Source: Octopus bimaculoides (lineage: Eukaryota). From it: a stretch of DNA of 60,039 bases. The stretch is taken from positions 50,200,880-50,260,918 of the forward strand of contig NC_068988.1 in the NCBI RefSeq assembly GCF_001194135.2, given 5' to 3'. Each line of letters opens with the position of its first letter. Position 1 is the stretch's first letter. Of the stretch, positions 12,635 through 24,214 are shown piece after piece. The notes under the pieces are model-generated. The model searched no databases, had not been told where the DNA came from, and worked only from the letters and a program-made list of their open reading frames with translations. Position numbers and translations under genes: made by a program.

Positions 12635-13217
12635 NNNNNNNNNNNNNNNNNNNNNNNNNNNNNNNNNNNNNNNNNNNNNNNNNNNNNNNNNNNNNNNNNN
12701 NNNNNNNNNNNNNNNNNNNNNNNNNNNNNNNNNNNNNNNNNNNNNNNNNNNNNNNNNNNNNNNNNNNNNNNNNNNNNNNNNNNNNNNNNNNNNNNNNNNN
12801 NNNNNNNNNNNNNNNNNNNNNNNNNNNNNNNNNNNNNNNNNNNNNNNNNNNNNNNNNNNNNNNNNNNNNNNNNNNNNNNNNNNNNNNNNNNNNNNNNNNN
12901 NNNNNNNNNNNNNNNNNNNNNNNNNNNNNNNNNNNNNNNNNNNNNNNNNNNNNNNNNNNNNNNNNNNNNNNNNNNNNNNNNNNNNNNNNNNNNNNNNNNN
13001 NNNNNNNNNNNNNNNNNNNNNNNNNNNNNNNNNNNNNNNNNNNNNNNNNNNNNNNNNNNNNNNNNNNNNNNNNNNNNNNNNNNNNNNNNNNNNNNNNNNN
13101 NNNNNNNNNNNNNNNNNNNNNNNNNNNNNNNNNNNNNNNNNNNNNNNNNNNNNNNNNNNNNNNNNNNNNNNNNNNNNNNNNNNNNNNNNNNNNNNNNNNN
13201 NNNNNNNNNNNNNNNNN
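12635..13217. other. Assembly gap (others: 14036-14045, 15812-15918, 18210-18329, 19456-20318, 22000-22009, 57824-58044)
   Basis: Runs of N. Confidence 1.
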
Positions 13218-13469
13218 GGTCTCTCTCCCTTTCATAAGTCTGTAACCATTGTTTGAACACAGCGATCTATTTAGCCCCTTTTTTAATACATACATTCCTC
13301 CGGGCATTACCAAATTATTAGGGCTTCACTAACTTTATTCTTTACCTCTCCCCATTTCTTTGTAAACAACAAACATTAGCTGGCATTAGACTGCAAGGGA
13401 GCTTTCTTCTTTTCTTTCCTTTTATTTATTTATTTATTTATTTATCTTTTTTATCTTTTTTTTTTTTTT

Positions 13470-13550
13470 TAAGAATCACTTCTGATGTCCCTGGACTATG
13501 TCCCCCATGTGGAATGAATTAACAAAAGTCCACATCAGCTGCAATTCAAT
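13470..13550 (+). mobile_element. Possible CR1/L2-type LINE 3' end remnant
   Basis: NHF*CPWTMSPMWNELTKVHISCNSMDF loosely matches the FF..RVV..WN.LP..VV..NS...F terminal motif. Confidence 0.3.
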
Positions 13551-14045
13551 GGATTTTCCTCATTCAACAGCTGCCTACCATCTCTCCACCACCTTGCACA
13601 ATTGGCCCTCTACAACCACTGTTGATGACATTTCTCGCACAACCACTACCTAATACTACTTTCATGTATCCCCAACACCATACCGACACACTATCACTGC
13701 TCTCCACTATCCTCGCAAGTATAAACACGACGGACCCATTTTAAAACCACCGTCCTTACCACCACCACAACCACTACTATTATCATTCCTACGACTACTA
13801 CTATTATAATCATCGCATTCACCACCAGCACTATAATCATCCCTACCACCAACCCTCCAGTATAACAGCCACTAAAAACTACAACTGCATTTTGTCTCTA
13901 TCACTATGACCACCATTGGCGGTAACAAACAAAAAACAGTCGCCAATATGAACGCAATTGATATGACTAGCACAGTTTAACGAGGAAATTATTTCTCTTG
14001 ACGAGCACGTGAAGGTGAAAAGGAGTTCTCTCTCTNNNNNNNNNN

Positions 14046-14085
<40 letters not shown>

Positions 14086-14091
14086 CACACT

Positions 14092-14420
14092 ATCTACTAC
14101 ATATGTGGAAATCTGTGGGTGTGTTTGTGGCGTTGTTATCTAACTCCCCCAACATTGTTTTTATCGATTTTGATGAAACTTGACACATGAGTAGAACTCA
14201 TGTCTGGAAAACTAGTCACATATTTAGATTGTTGAAAAAAAATTGATATTAGGGCTCCTGGAAGGGATTCTTAGATCTACTACATATAACTAATATATTA
14301 TTTTTTATTTGAATGGTCATTCTCTACGGAAAAAAATACGAAACGCTTAAATAATTCAACTTTTAAATTAACACCCGAAATAACTTAAACGTAAAAGTTT
14401 TATAAGCATAATTAGATTAA
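14092..14420 (+). mobile_element. Non-autonomous Helitron-like element candidate
   Basis: A|TC start atctactacatat (repeated at 14275), followed by gtgtgtttgt and atcgattttgatgaaacttgacac. The 3' CTRR end was not located. Confidence 0.35.
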
Positions 14421-15774
14421 ACTATTGATAAGTAAGTACCATCTATTTCGAAAGTTTACAAAGACCTGCTCTAATTTAATAGAATTTCTAACCATACTCA
14501 CAAACATGAAAAAATTAGGTTGTAGGAGACTATCTAAAGCATCTTCCCACAGAACAATAATGTTACAGAGGTATACTAAATGAAAATGCTTAACATAGCA
14601 ACCGACGAATCCTGAATAGAAATAACCCAGTTCGACCAAACTATTTAGCATGAAGTAGTCCGGCATACCTAGACTAGCTCAGGCCCACATTTCTTCTTAA
14701 GCGAATGTAGCAACGAATATAACGTTTTGTTATATTAGCTAAAAGCTGTCACAGGACGAATTCTTTATTTGGTTCGTTTGAATCTACAGCCAAGCTCGAA
14801 AAACCAGTTTTGGTCAAGAAGCGAACGCGTGATGGTTAGTATGAACTTGACGTGAAAACTGTCTTATAAGGCTTCACTAAGAGTATTCGAACCTCTCAGA
14901 CTAACAGAACCTAATGCAATGACACCATGAATAGCTCCTCTTTCTTAAACCAAGTCATGGTAAATAATGTCCTTATGCAAATGTTTTGACAGCTCACCTT
15001 TATTGATTTTTACCATTGAATTTACGTTAGTTACAGAACGGCAATTTGGATTGAAAGAAAAGAAGGGCTTCTCATCTATGCTCTAAATCAGGTATGAGGA
15101 AACTTTTCGAGAAGCGAACCGCATGGGACAGGGCACACTATCAGGCAAGGTGTATGAAACAACATGCACCATCAGGCGAGCCGCACTACTGAAAAAAATA
15201 ATAATAATAAATAATTCCAGTTAGTTTTTGTTAGGTGTGCTATTCAGAAAGTCCTACGGGTCGCAGTTTGCTCATGGCTGCTCTAAATCCCTTAAAAACA
15301 AAGCTACTAGCATTGGCAAATTGGCTCAGTTATCGCATGGCTAAGGAAAGTACCTTTTAATGAAGATTTCCCAAACATTTAGTAGGGAATTCATCTCTTG
15401 CAATTTCCATGGCTAACGTTCATTCTAAAGAAAGCAAATACTGTGAGTTGATCTAGTTAATAGTAAATATCTTTGCAGGTCATTTTTCTATTTAAGTTAT
15501 TGTATTCAAATTCACATGTTTACTTTACTTCTATTTCTAACCGGAGGTTTCTATGTATCATTCATTTATTTGATATACTTGTTTGCATCAGATATGATTG
15601 TTGCTGTTTGCGTAAACCATTGTTCATACGATGGATTTTTGTACGCATGTTTACCGCCTTCTGAATACACACACATATATATATATAAAGTAAACAGAAA
15701 CTTGAGAAATTACACCGGTAGTAAACGGATACTTTTATCCCTTAGACTGTTATTCCAACCTCTAACTCTACTAA

Positions 15775-15811
<37 letters not shown>

Positions 15812-15918
15812 NNNNNNNNNNNNNNNNNNNNNNNNNNNNNNNNNNNNNNNNNNNNNNNNNNNNNNNNNNNNNNNNNNNNNNNNNNNNNNNNNNNNNNNNN
15901 NNNNNNNNNNNNNNNNNN

Positions 15919-16065
15919 GTATCAGGCGTATAAGAAGCTTGCTTCAAAACCACATGGTTCTGGGTTCGGTCCCACTGTAGGGTACCTCGGGCAAGTTTCA
16001 TCTATTGTAGCCTCGGCCCAACCCAAAGCCTTGTGAGTGTATTGGGTAGACAGTTGTATGTATGT
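15919..16065 (+). mobile_element. Family D SINE 5' part
   Basis: aagaagcttgcttc...gggttcggtcccactg...cctcgggcaagt...caaagccttgtgag. Confidence 0.8.
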
Positions 16066-16136
16066 ATGTGTGTGTATATATATAGATCGCTCGCCACTAC
16101 ACATTCTTTATTTTCTCTCCCTATTTCTTTCTGTGT

Positions 16137-16176
16137 TCCTTTCTGTGGAAGAGCGTAGGCTCGAAACGTTAAAGAC
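16137..16176 (+). ncRNA. Minimal type I hammerhead ribozyme-like motif (Penelope-type), core variant CUGUGGA
   Basis: cuuu-CUGUGGA-a-GAGC-guag-GCUC-GAAA-cg-U-U-aaag. Stem I is 4 bp, stem II is 4 bp with a tetraloop, stem III is the palindrome ACGU. It is preceded by a pyrimidine-rich tract. Confidence 0.65.
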
Positions 16177-16425
16177 TTTTTCACTTCCCGAGCGTTAAAC
16201 TAATACAACTGTTTGCTGTGAGTTTCTTTTGTTACTTCCACGAGTGAACACGCAAAATATAATATATATGACTTTTACTAAAATCAAGGGAGTTTTTACA
16301 CACCCGTAAAATCTACATATATATATGTGTGTGTGTGTGTAATAAAAGAGGTTTTTTTGAAAAAATAATTAACATACTAAATTTTACCTATACAAGTAAT
16401 TGTATCATACATGGTAATACTAGTT

Positions 16426-16740
16426 GTTGTTGCTGGCACTCCGTCGCTTACGACGACGAGGGTTCCAGTTGATCCGATCAACGGAACATGAAATTAACGT
16501 GCAAGTGGCTGAGCACTCCACAGACACGTGTACCCTTAACGTAGTTCTCGGGGATATTCAGCGTGACAAGATTGGCCCTTTGAATTACAGGCACAACAGA
16601 AAGTAAGAGAAAGTTGTGGTGAAAGAGTGCCACCATCCCCTGCCGGAGCCTCGTGGAACTTTAGGTGTTTTTGCTCAATAAACACTCACAACGCCCGGTC
16701 TGGGAATCGAAACCGCGATCCACTGGGCCATTGCGCCTCC
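16426..16740 (-). mobile_element. SINE head A + tail C, internally deleted, CpG-intact
   Basis: Near-colinear with 45673-46061. Confidence 0.9.
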
Positions 16741-17949
16741 ACGGTAAAACTAGTAATGGTTATTAAAATAAAATGAGATTTCACCAGGTAAAAAGAAAGA
16801 TGATAATTTCTAACAAGAAAAAGATTTAACTTTAAAATGCGGAAAACACTGAAACATTTCTGTGCCTTTGAAAACCTTTTGAATCGACTTGATACCGATA
16901 TAGGTTGAAAGGTGGAACACATAAGAAGCTCTAACCAAATAGCAGCACTGACCTCACTAAGGTTTTTTGAAATAAAAAAAAAATAGTTGTAGAGATATGT
17001 TTCAACTTATCCTATGTAAAATGAAAACCATTTAAAAAATTTAACAAATTCACTTCGTTAAATATTTCACTGTATGCATTCATAACTGATAGCATTCTCG
17101 ACAAACGCATACACACAGACAAGGTAAATAAATATCAAACTTCACACTTAAATTGAGTCAGTCCTTTATTCACTATTACACTCAAAGAAGGAAAAAACTT
17201 GACAATCCTAAGTATTGCGTTGACCTGGATTGTCGGACACTGTATCATGTGTATGAGGTAGTAAATGGGGTACGACATCTACTACTACTACTACTACTAC
17301 TACTACCATCACCACCGCCACCACTTCGGGAATAGAGTAGTAATCTGGTCTCATTAAGTCCTATCAGCAACATCTAAATAAACAATATTCGAAGATACAC
17401 CTATAATGAGTCATGGTAGTTATAATTATATATACGAGTAGAAAATCTTTAATTGAAGGCGCTATTGGCTAAGATAGGGAAGGCGTGTTAGGGAAAAGAA
17501 TGAGGAGACGGTCAGAGCTTGTGTGTGTGTGTGTGATATGTGCGTGTTTGACTAAAGAGAAACCAAGCAATCGCAGTAAATCTATCAGTTACAAAAACAA
17601 TAGCCCCCCCCCCTCGCCATAGCAACGATGACAACAACTACAAATGTAAAACGCTTATGAAAAAGAACAAGACAAAAAAAAAAAGGAAAACAAGGAGGAA
17701 AAAGTGTGGGTAAGGGACAAAGATAGCTCCAGGTAGAAAACATACACCTGTTAATGTGAAGGAAATACCAGACGAACTATTTCACTTTATGTACAATATT
17801 TCTTGTTCTTGACCTCAATACTACCTACACATTGTGACAGATTTGCTTCATGAATGAACTTAAATCTAATCTTTATGCTTATCGTTTTGTCCAAGCTTGT
17901 GTGTGTGTGTCTGTAATACGAAATATATATATATATATATATATATATA

Positions 17950-18203
17950 GGTAATCTTCAATTTTAGGGGGATAAAAAAAAAAAAATATTCAAGGGAAGT
18001 AACTGAACGTCTTACCAGTATTCTCCGTACATCCCTGTTTATAAATAAATCACACACGTGATTTGATTGACGTTAGGGTTAGGATTAGAGTGTGATTTAT
18101 TTATAAACAGGTAGAAGAAAACGGATAATACTGGTAAGTCGTTCAGTTATTTCCCTTGAATATTTGTATTTATTTTTTTATCCCCGTAAACTTGAAGATT
18201 ACC
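17950..18203. mobile_element. Palindromic MITE inside a (TA)n array
   Basis: Arms of about 106-114 bp start with GGTAATCTTCAA and end with TTGAAGATTACC. The 34-bp loop contains gttagggttagg. (TA)n flanks both sides. Confidence 0.85.
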
Positions 18204-18329
18204 ATATATNNNNNNNNNNNNNNNNNNNNNNNNNNNNNNNNNNNNNNNNNNNNNNNNNNNNNNNNNNNNNNNNNNNNNNNNNNNNNNNNNNNNNNNNNNN
18301 NNNNNNNNNNNNNNNNNNNNNNNNNNNNN

Positions 18330-18371
<42 letters not shown>

Positions 18372-18938
18372 AATAATAAATGAGTATATGCATATATACG
18401 TACAGGTATGTGCATACCTACGTCTACCTGTATATATAGGTGCATATCTGGGTACAGGACATTGCAAACAAAACGTAGACAAGAAAATAATAATAACCAG
18501 AGTACAGAAAACACACAAGCCACATAGAGAACATTTTCCTTCATCAGCTACCCCCGTTTTAACACCGGCGTTTCGAAGAGTTACACACACACACACATAT
18601 AATTATATACATATCACACACGATAAACATTGACCTAGCCATAACTCGGAGCTTCGTGGACAATGAGAGAATTTCACGGAAGAAATCATTTTCTTGAAGA
18701 AAATAAAATAGTGACGGTGTGAACATTTGAGAACCACAAAGAAATAATAATCAACAACGTGTGTGTGTGTGTGTATGTTTACACTGATATTGCAGAAACT
18801 CTGGTTAAGGAATTCTATACTTATGTAAGACAGTAATAATTTCGGGATACAGCCTGTTATACTGCTTTTCCGAAATTCTCATAAATTTTCACAATTTAAA
18901 AAAGACAAAAAAAGCTATAATCAGGGTACATATATGAC

Positions 18939-19209
18939 GCAGGCGTTGATGTCTGGTAAGAAGCTTGCTTCTCAATTACATGGTCCCGGATTCAGTCCCA
19001 CTGCGTGGCACCTTCGGCACGTGGTTTCTACTTCGGACCGACCAAATCCTTGTGAGCGAATTTGGTAGACGAAAACTGAAAGAAATCCGTCACGCGCGCG
19101 AGAGAGAGTTTTTGTTCGCCGACCACTGCTTGACAACCGATGTTGGGGTGTTTACATCGCCGTAACTTAACGGTTCGGCAAAAAGCAACCAATAGAATAA
19201 GTACCAGAC
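18939..19209 (+). mobile_element. Family D SINE
   Basis: ggtaagaagcttgcttc head, gtagacgaaaactgaaagaa, internal (CG)n(AG)n, cttgacaaccgatgttgg tail. Confidence 0.85.
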
Positions 19210-19416
19210 GGTCAATATAAAGATCCTCACCCGGGAACAAAAACAAGAATTAACCAGCCTGGTAGGTGTTAACAAGTATGTGGAAAACGAATATGAAAAG
19301 AAAAAAACAAATGCGCGCTGACGACCCTGGGGTGGGGAGGGAATTTTCGCTGTCAAAATGTAAAAATGAACGGTTGTTTTGTCTGTTTTTGTATGCGTTC
19401 TAGTAAAAGGCTTGAG

Positions 19417-19455
<39 letters not shown>

Positions 19456-20318
19456 NNNNNNNNNNNNNNNNNNNNNNNNNNNNNNNNNNNNNNNNNNNNN
19501 NNNNNNNNNNNNNNNNNNNNNNNNNNNNNNNNNNNNNNNNNNNNNNNNNNNNNNNNNNNNNNNNNNNNNNNNNNNNNNNNNNNNNNNNNNNNNNNNNNNN
19601 NNNNNNNNNNNNNNNNNNNNNNNNNNNNNNNNNNNNNNNNNNNNNNNNNNNNNNNNNNNNNNNNNNNNNNNNNNNNNNNNNNNNNNNNNNNNNNNNNNNN
19701 NNNNNNNNNNNNNNNNNNNNNNNNNNNNNNNNNNNNNNNNNNNNNNNNNNNNNNNNNNNNNNNNNNNNNNNNNNNNNNNNNNNNNNNNNNNNNNNNNNNN
19801 NNNNNNNNNNNNNNNNNNNNNNNNNNNNNNNNNNNNNNNNNNNNNNNNNNNNNNNNNNNNNNNNNNNNNNNNNNNNNNNNNNNNNNNNNNNNNNNNNNNN
19901 NNNNNNNNNNNNNNNNNNNNNNNNNNNNNNNNNNNNNNNNNNNNNNNNNNNNNNNNNNNNNNNNNNNNNNNNNNNNNNNNNNNNNNNNNNNNNNNNNNNN
20001 NNNNNNNNNNNNNNNNNNNNNNNNNNNNNNNNNNNNNNNNNNNNNNNNNNNNNNNNNNNNNNNNNNNNNNNNNNNNNNNNNNNNNNNNNNNNNNNNNNNN
20101 NNNNNNNNNNNNNNNNNNNNNNNNNNNNNNNNNNNNNNNNNNNNNNNNNNNNNNNNNNNNNNNNNNNNNNNNNNNNNNNNNNNNNNNNNNNNNNNNNNNN
20201 NNNNNNNNNNNNNNNNNNNNNNNNNNNNNNNNNNNNNNNNNNNNNNNNNNNNNNNNNNNNNNNNNNNNNNNNNNNNNNNNNNNNNNNNNNNNNNNNNNNN
20301 NNNNNNNNNNNNNNNNNN

Positions 20319-20561
20319 AGGGGATGGTGGCGAACCCTGCTGTACTCTTTCACCACAACTTTCTCTCACCCTTACTTCCTGTTTCTGTTGTGCCTGTAAT
20401 TCAAAGGGTCGGCCTTGTCACGCTGAATATCCCCGAGAACTACGTTAAGGGTACACGTATCTGTGGAGTGCTCAGCCACTTGCACGTTAATTTCACGAGC
20501 AGGCTGTTCCGTTGATCAGATCAACTGGAACCCTCGACGTTGTAAGCGACCGAGTGCCAAC
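20319..20561 (+). mobile_element. SINE head-A centre + tail C (5' part lost in gap)
   Basis: Matches 33320-33577. Confidence 0.9.
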
Positions 20562-21431
20562 CTATGCATGTGTCCCTTCTTTTTCAGTGTATACCGTGTA
20601 TACTTTCTTTCTTCCTGTTTTTATTTAAAATTTTTCATTATATGTAAACCTCCACATTTTATATTTGTCTTTGTATTGTCCCCCTCATTTTTCGCTCTTG
20701 TGGCAAATAAATAAAATCATCGTCATCATCATTATTATTATTATTATTATTATCAACATACTCGCCAACACCTACCCGTGCCCCACCCCGTCACTCCTTT
20801 GTTTGTGCACCAATTCAACTGTTCTGGGTCATACAATAAACTTTAATCATGCAGCACATTTTCCACTGTATGAATCACCCACGTCGCCCTACTCACACCT
20901 CTTGACATCATTCCTCCACTGTTTTCAGTTTTTCGTTTCATTTTTGCGTTAGTAAACATCAAATAATATTGTATAAGTTCTTCGCTCCTTGCAGCAGATG
21001 CTATTGCTGATAATGATCTAGAGAATAATGCTCTTCTTTTTTTTTCAAATAACTTCCATTGCAACACCTCCGATCACACTGCAGTTAATTTTTTTTTTTT
21101 TTTTTTTTGTAGTGTGGACATACTCTATACTATGTTATTACTGAATTCTTATTCATTCGCTTATCATTTCACTTCAAATGTTTTTGTTTTTTTCTTTTTC
21201 GATTTTTTCATGCATACATATTGTACTACGTGCATTAAGGGTGCTTGTGTGTTTTGTTTTTTGCTTTCTTTCTTTTTTTTTGTTGTTGTTTTTTTTACCC
21301 CCACGAAATAAATCCGTTGGTGCACGAACATCGCCTTGCGGAATTTTGCATTATAGCAAGATATTGAGGAGCGTAGGATTCCATATCAACGTGGGTGGTG
21401 CTTACGCACGCACACACACACACACACAGAG

Positions 21432-21463
<32 letters not shown>

Positions 21464-22098
21464 TAGCTAGCTAGATAGATAGATGGATAGAGTTATGTGT
21501 CGTACAGTTGCTGTAAAAACCGCTCCCAATAAAATATTTGGAATAAGTAGCAAATTATGTTGAATCTTTCAGCTTGAAATATTCACTTTGATAATAATTT
21601 GAGTATTAAGTACTTTCGAACAAAGATGATATTATTATGTATACATTTGTGTGGAGGTGAGTGGGGGACAGCATTTTTTTTAAACATTTTATGTTGAAAG
21701 AGGTCACACATGGAGACGAAATGTCTTTGACAACCATGACTAATTCAACAACCAAATGGTTAACTAAACAACCGATTAGGTAGTTTGGTAAGTAGTTAAC
21801 CAATTAACGACTAATAAAAGAAGTGAAATAGAACTAGTGCGTGTGTTTGTTATTGACATACTGACCGTCCTGAGGTACAACAAAAATAATTACCGTACTG
21901 ATGGTTTTCTCTTTTTGCCCCACTTTTGTTAAGTGGGACTGAACCTGGAACCATGTGGTTGGGAAGCAAGTTTCTTACCACATAGTCACGCGTGCACCTN
22001 NNNNNNNNNTTTCCCCCCCCCCCCGCACAATATGGGAGGGGGGTAAATTTACCTTAATAATGATATATTACTAAAATTACGGAAATCATGGACTTGTA

Positions 22099-22258
22099 CC
22101 GTGGCATAGCTTGAAGGAAGAGACAGAGACGGTCCATCTTGGGCGATGCTTTTATGGGGCGGATCTTTTGTGTCTGCTATGTAAGTATGTATTGGGTACG
22201 TGGGGGTTGACAAACTCAAGTACTGTACAGAGAGGCCCACACTCAAGTTACGCCACTG
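22099..22258. mobile_element. hAT-type MITE, same family as 9564-9723
   Basis: ccgtggcatagct ... aagttacgccactg, with internal gggcgatgcttttatggggcgg. No TSD recovered. Confidence 0.7.
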
Positions 22259-23107
22259 CTAGGAACACAGCAGCAAAGCAAATTCTGAATGTTATTTTGC
22301 TATGGCGAAATGCTTTATGAAAAAATAGCATCAAGAAAACGCAGATGACATTTGATACATTCCTCAAAGAACAACCAATGTAAAAGAAAGAATCAGAGCC
22401 TGAATCATTATTCGAGATACAAACTCTTGTGTCCTATTTTCCACTATTGGTTTCCAACTGAATTTATTAACGAGTAGACTTGTGTAATTTTGATTAAAGA
22501 TGGTTGATTTTATCTGTTTCAAAATTTTATATTAAATTTTAATTAATTAAGCTTTCTGTCTATTTTATAACTTTATCGAAAGTTATTAAGTGTTTGGATG
22601 GTACAACAAGTCTTTGAATCTTTCAATTGTTCAGCTATGTCTATGACCTTTATTTGTGAGTGTTTCACTTATTGAAAATATCCTCTCAATCTTGTAGTTC
22701 TAATTAGGTTATGCTATAATGACCCCGAATCGCATTGTTTCTTCTAACGCTGTACTTTTAAGGAGGGTGTCACGAGCGCTAACTGAAGTTAAATGTGTGT
22801 CTTTTTACTGTGGAAGCTACTAAATATAAGCACGGACGATGATATCAATCGTTCACTGTTGTTAAAAAAGCTTTGTCCAATTGTAACAAGAAACTGGTCA
22901 CACACACACGCGATTTATCAGTATGTATATCTGTCCAGCATTCGGAAACTACGAAACTATCGCTATTTCTATCAGGTAGGATCACAATATAGGAGTCATC
23001 CACATTGGACTACATTTGAGACCGAGCTGTTTGTTACTTTTGCAGTTCGATATACCATTTTGAGGCTCGTTGCTTTTGAATCATTTTCTATTTCCGTTAA
23101 CATTTGT

Positions 23108-23164
23108 GAGACTTACTCAGAAAGTAATAGAAATAAAGATTGCATTACTTTCTGACTCACCCTC
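23108..23164. mobile_element. 57-bp mariner-derived mini element (MADE-like)
   Basis: 21-bp inverted repeats matching 17/21. The right arm reverse complement gagggtgagtcagaaagtaat resembles a mariner TIR. Confidence 0.6.
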
Positions 23165-24039
23165 CAATAACGCTTTGTCAGTACATGATTCGTTGAAGTG
23201 CTAAATGTGTTGTTGCATGGAAGGTGGAGGACCCAAATCTAATGTTTAAGAATTAATTTTATACAAGCGTACTCTACGAAGTTCAAGCAAATGAAATCCA
23301 ATGATAATTTTAAGAGCTACCCCGGGTGATAGCAATGAAAATGTAGACAAACCGATATATAACTCTTTCTCTTTTTCCATCTGTTCTCTCTCTTCATAGC
23401 TGTCCCTCATTCTTTTCAACTCATCAAGTGAGAGAGAGAGAGAAAACAAGAGAAAAAAAAAAGATTAAAGAGAAACTGAAGTTGGAAGAAAAACAAAGAG
23501 TTTAACATCACTCAAACGTATATTCTAATAATTTTCCCAATTATACGTATTTCTACTTTTTGCTGATAGTACTCCTTTTCAACGTTCTGTCTTTCTTCGG
23601 TTCTTGTCTTGGCATAAAGTTGGGTATGTTTGAAAGAGATTTAGATGCTATTTCTCAAAATAGCTGTGATCGTCAGTACATCACAAGGACAGTTATTGAA
23701 AATTGTAGGACTGTACTTGTTGATAAAACCCGCCACGTGAAAAGTTTGTTTTCATGTGGTCATCTTCAGTTTGATACTGCAAGAGTTAAAAAATCTGAGT
23801 TGTCTCCATTATATCAACAGAGAGCAATATAAAGAATTTTGATTTTTCTCTGACGCTTTGAATTGGACAAACGACCATAATTTTTAATTTAGTGAAATTT
23901 GATTAAGACCCTGTTTTATTCGTCAATTAGTTTGTAATTTGTGTCAAAATCCACAGATTGGTGCATTGTATTACTCAGATACACAAATCAATCATGTCAA
24001 GTATCTGTGTGTGTGTGTGTGTGTGCGTGCGTATCGTTA

Positions 24040-24202
24040 TTATTATTATTGAAGACATCACACAGTATCCAATAGCGTGATGTAGATTGAAATATCGTAT
24101 GTACCGGGGATTTGTACTGTCTATTGATAAACAACAAGGGCCTCAGACAGACAGTACTTCACACAGTATGTGTGCAGTTCCAAGTAAAGTCGATTTTTGC
24201 AG
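24040..24202 (-). mobile_element. 3' end of an RLE-type (R4/Dong-like) non-LTR element
   Basis: The minus strand 24202-24143 reads LQKSTLLGTAHILCEVLSV*, followed by a short UTR ending in (TAA)n. Confidence 0.7.
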
Positions 24203-24214
24203 TACACTAAGATT

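Noticed and set aside
19353-20515. Long ORFs of 200-378 aa (also 12551-13313 and 57721-58524)
   Set aside because: They run through N-gaps and are X-filled artefacts.
22260-22400. Possible pogo/Tigger C-terminus (KKTQMTFDTFLK)
   Set aside because: Too short and low-complexity, with no TIR or catalytic motif.
23246-23832. ORFs 23246-23449 and 23560-23832 as host exons
   Set aside because: No recognisable domain, weak splice context, and partly GA-repeat.
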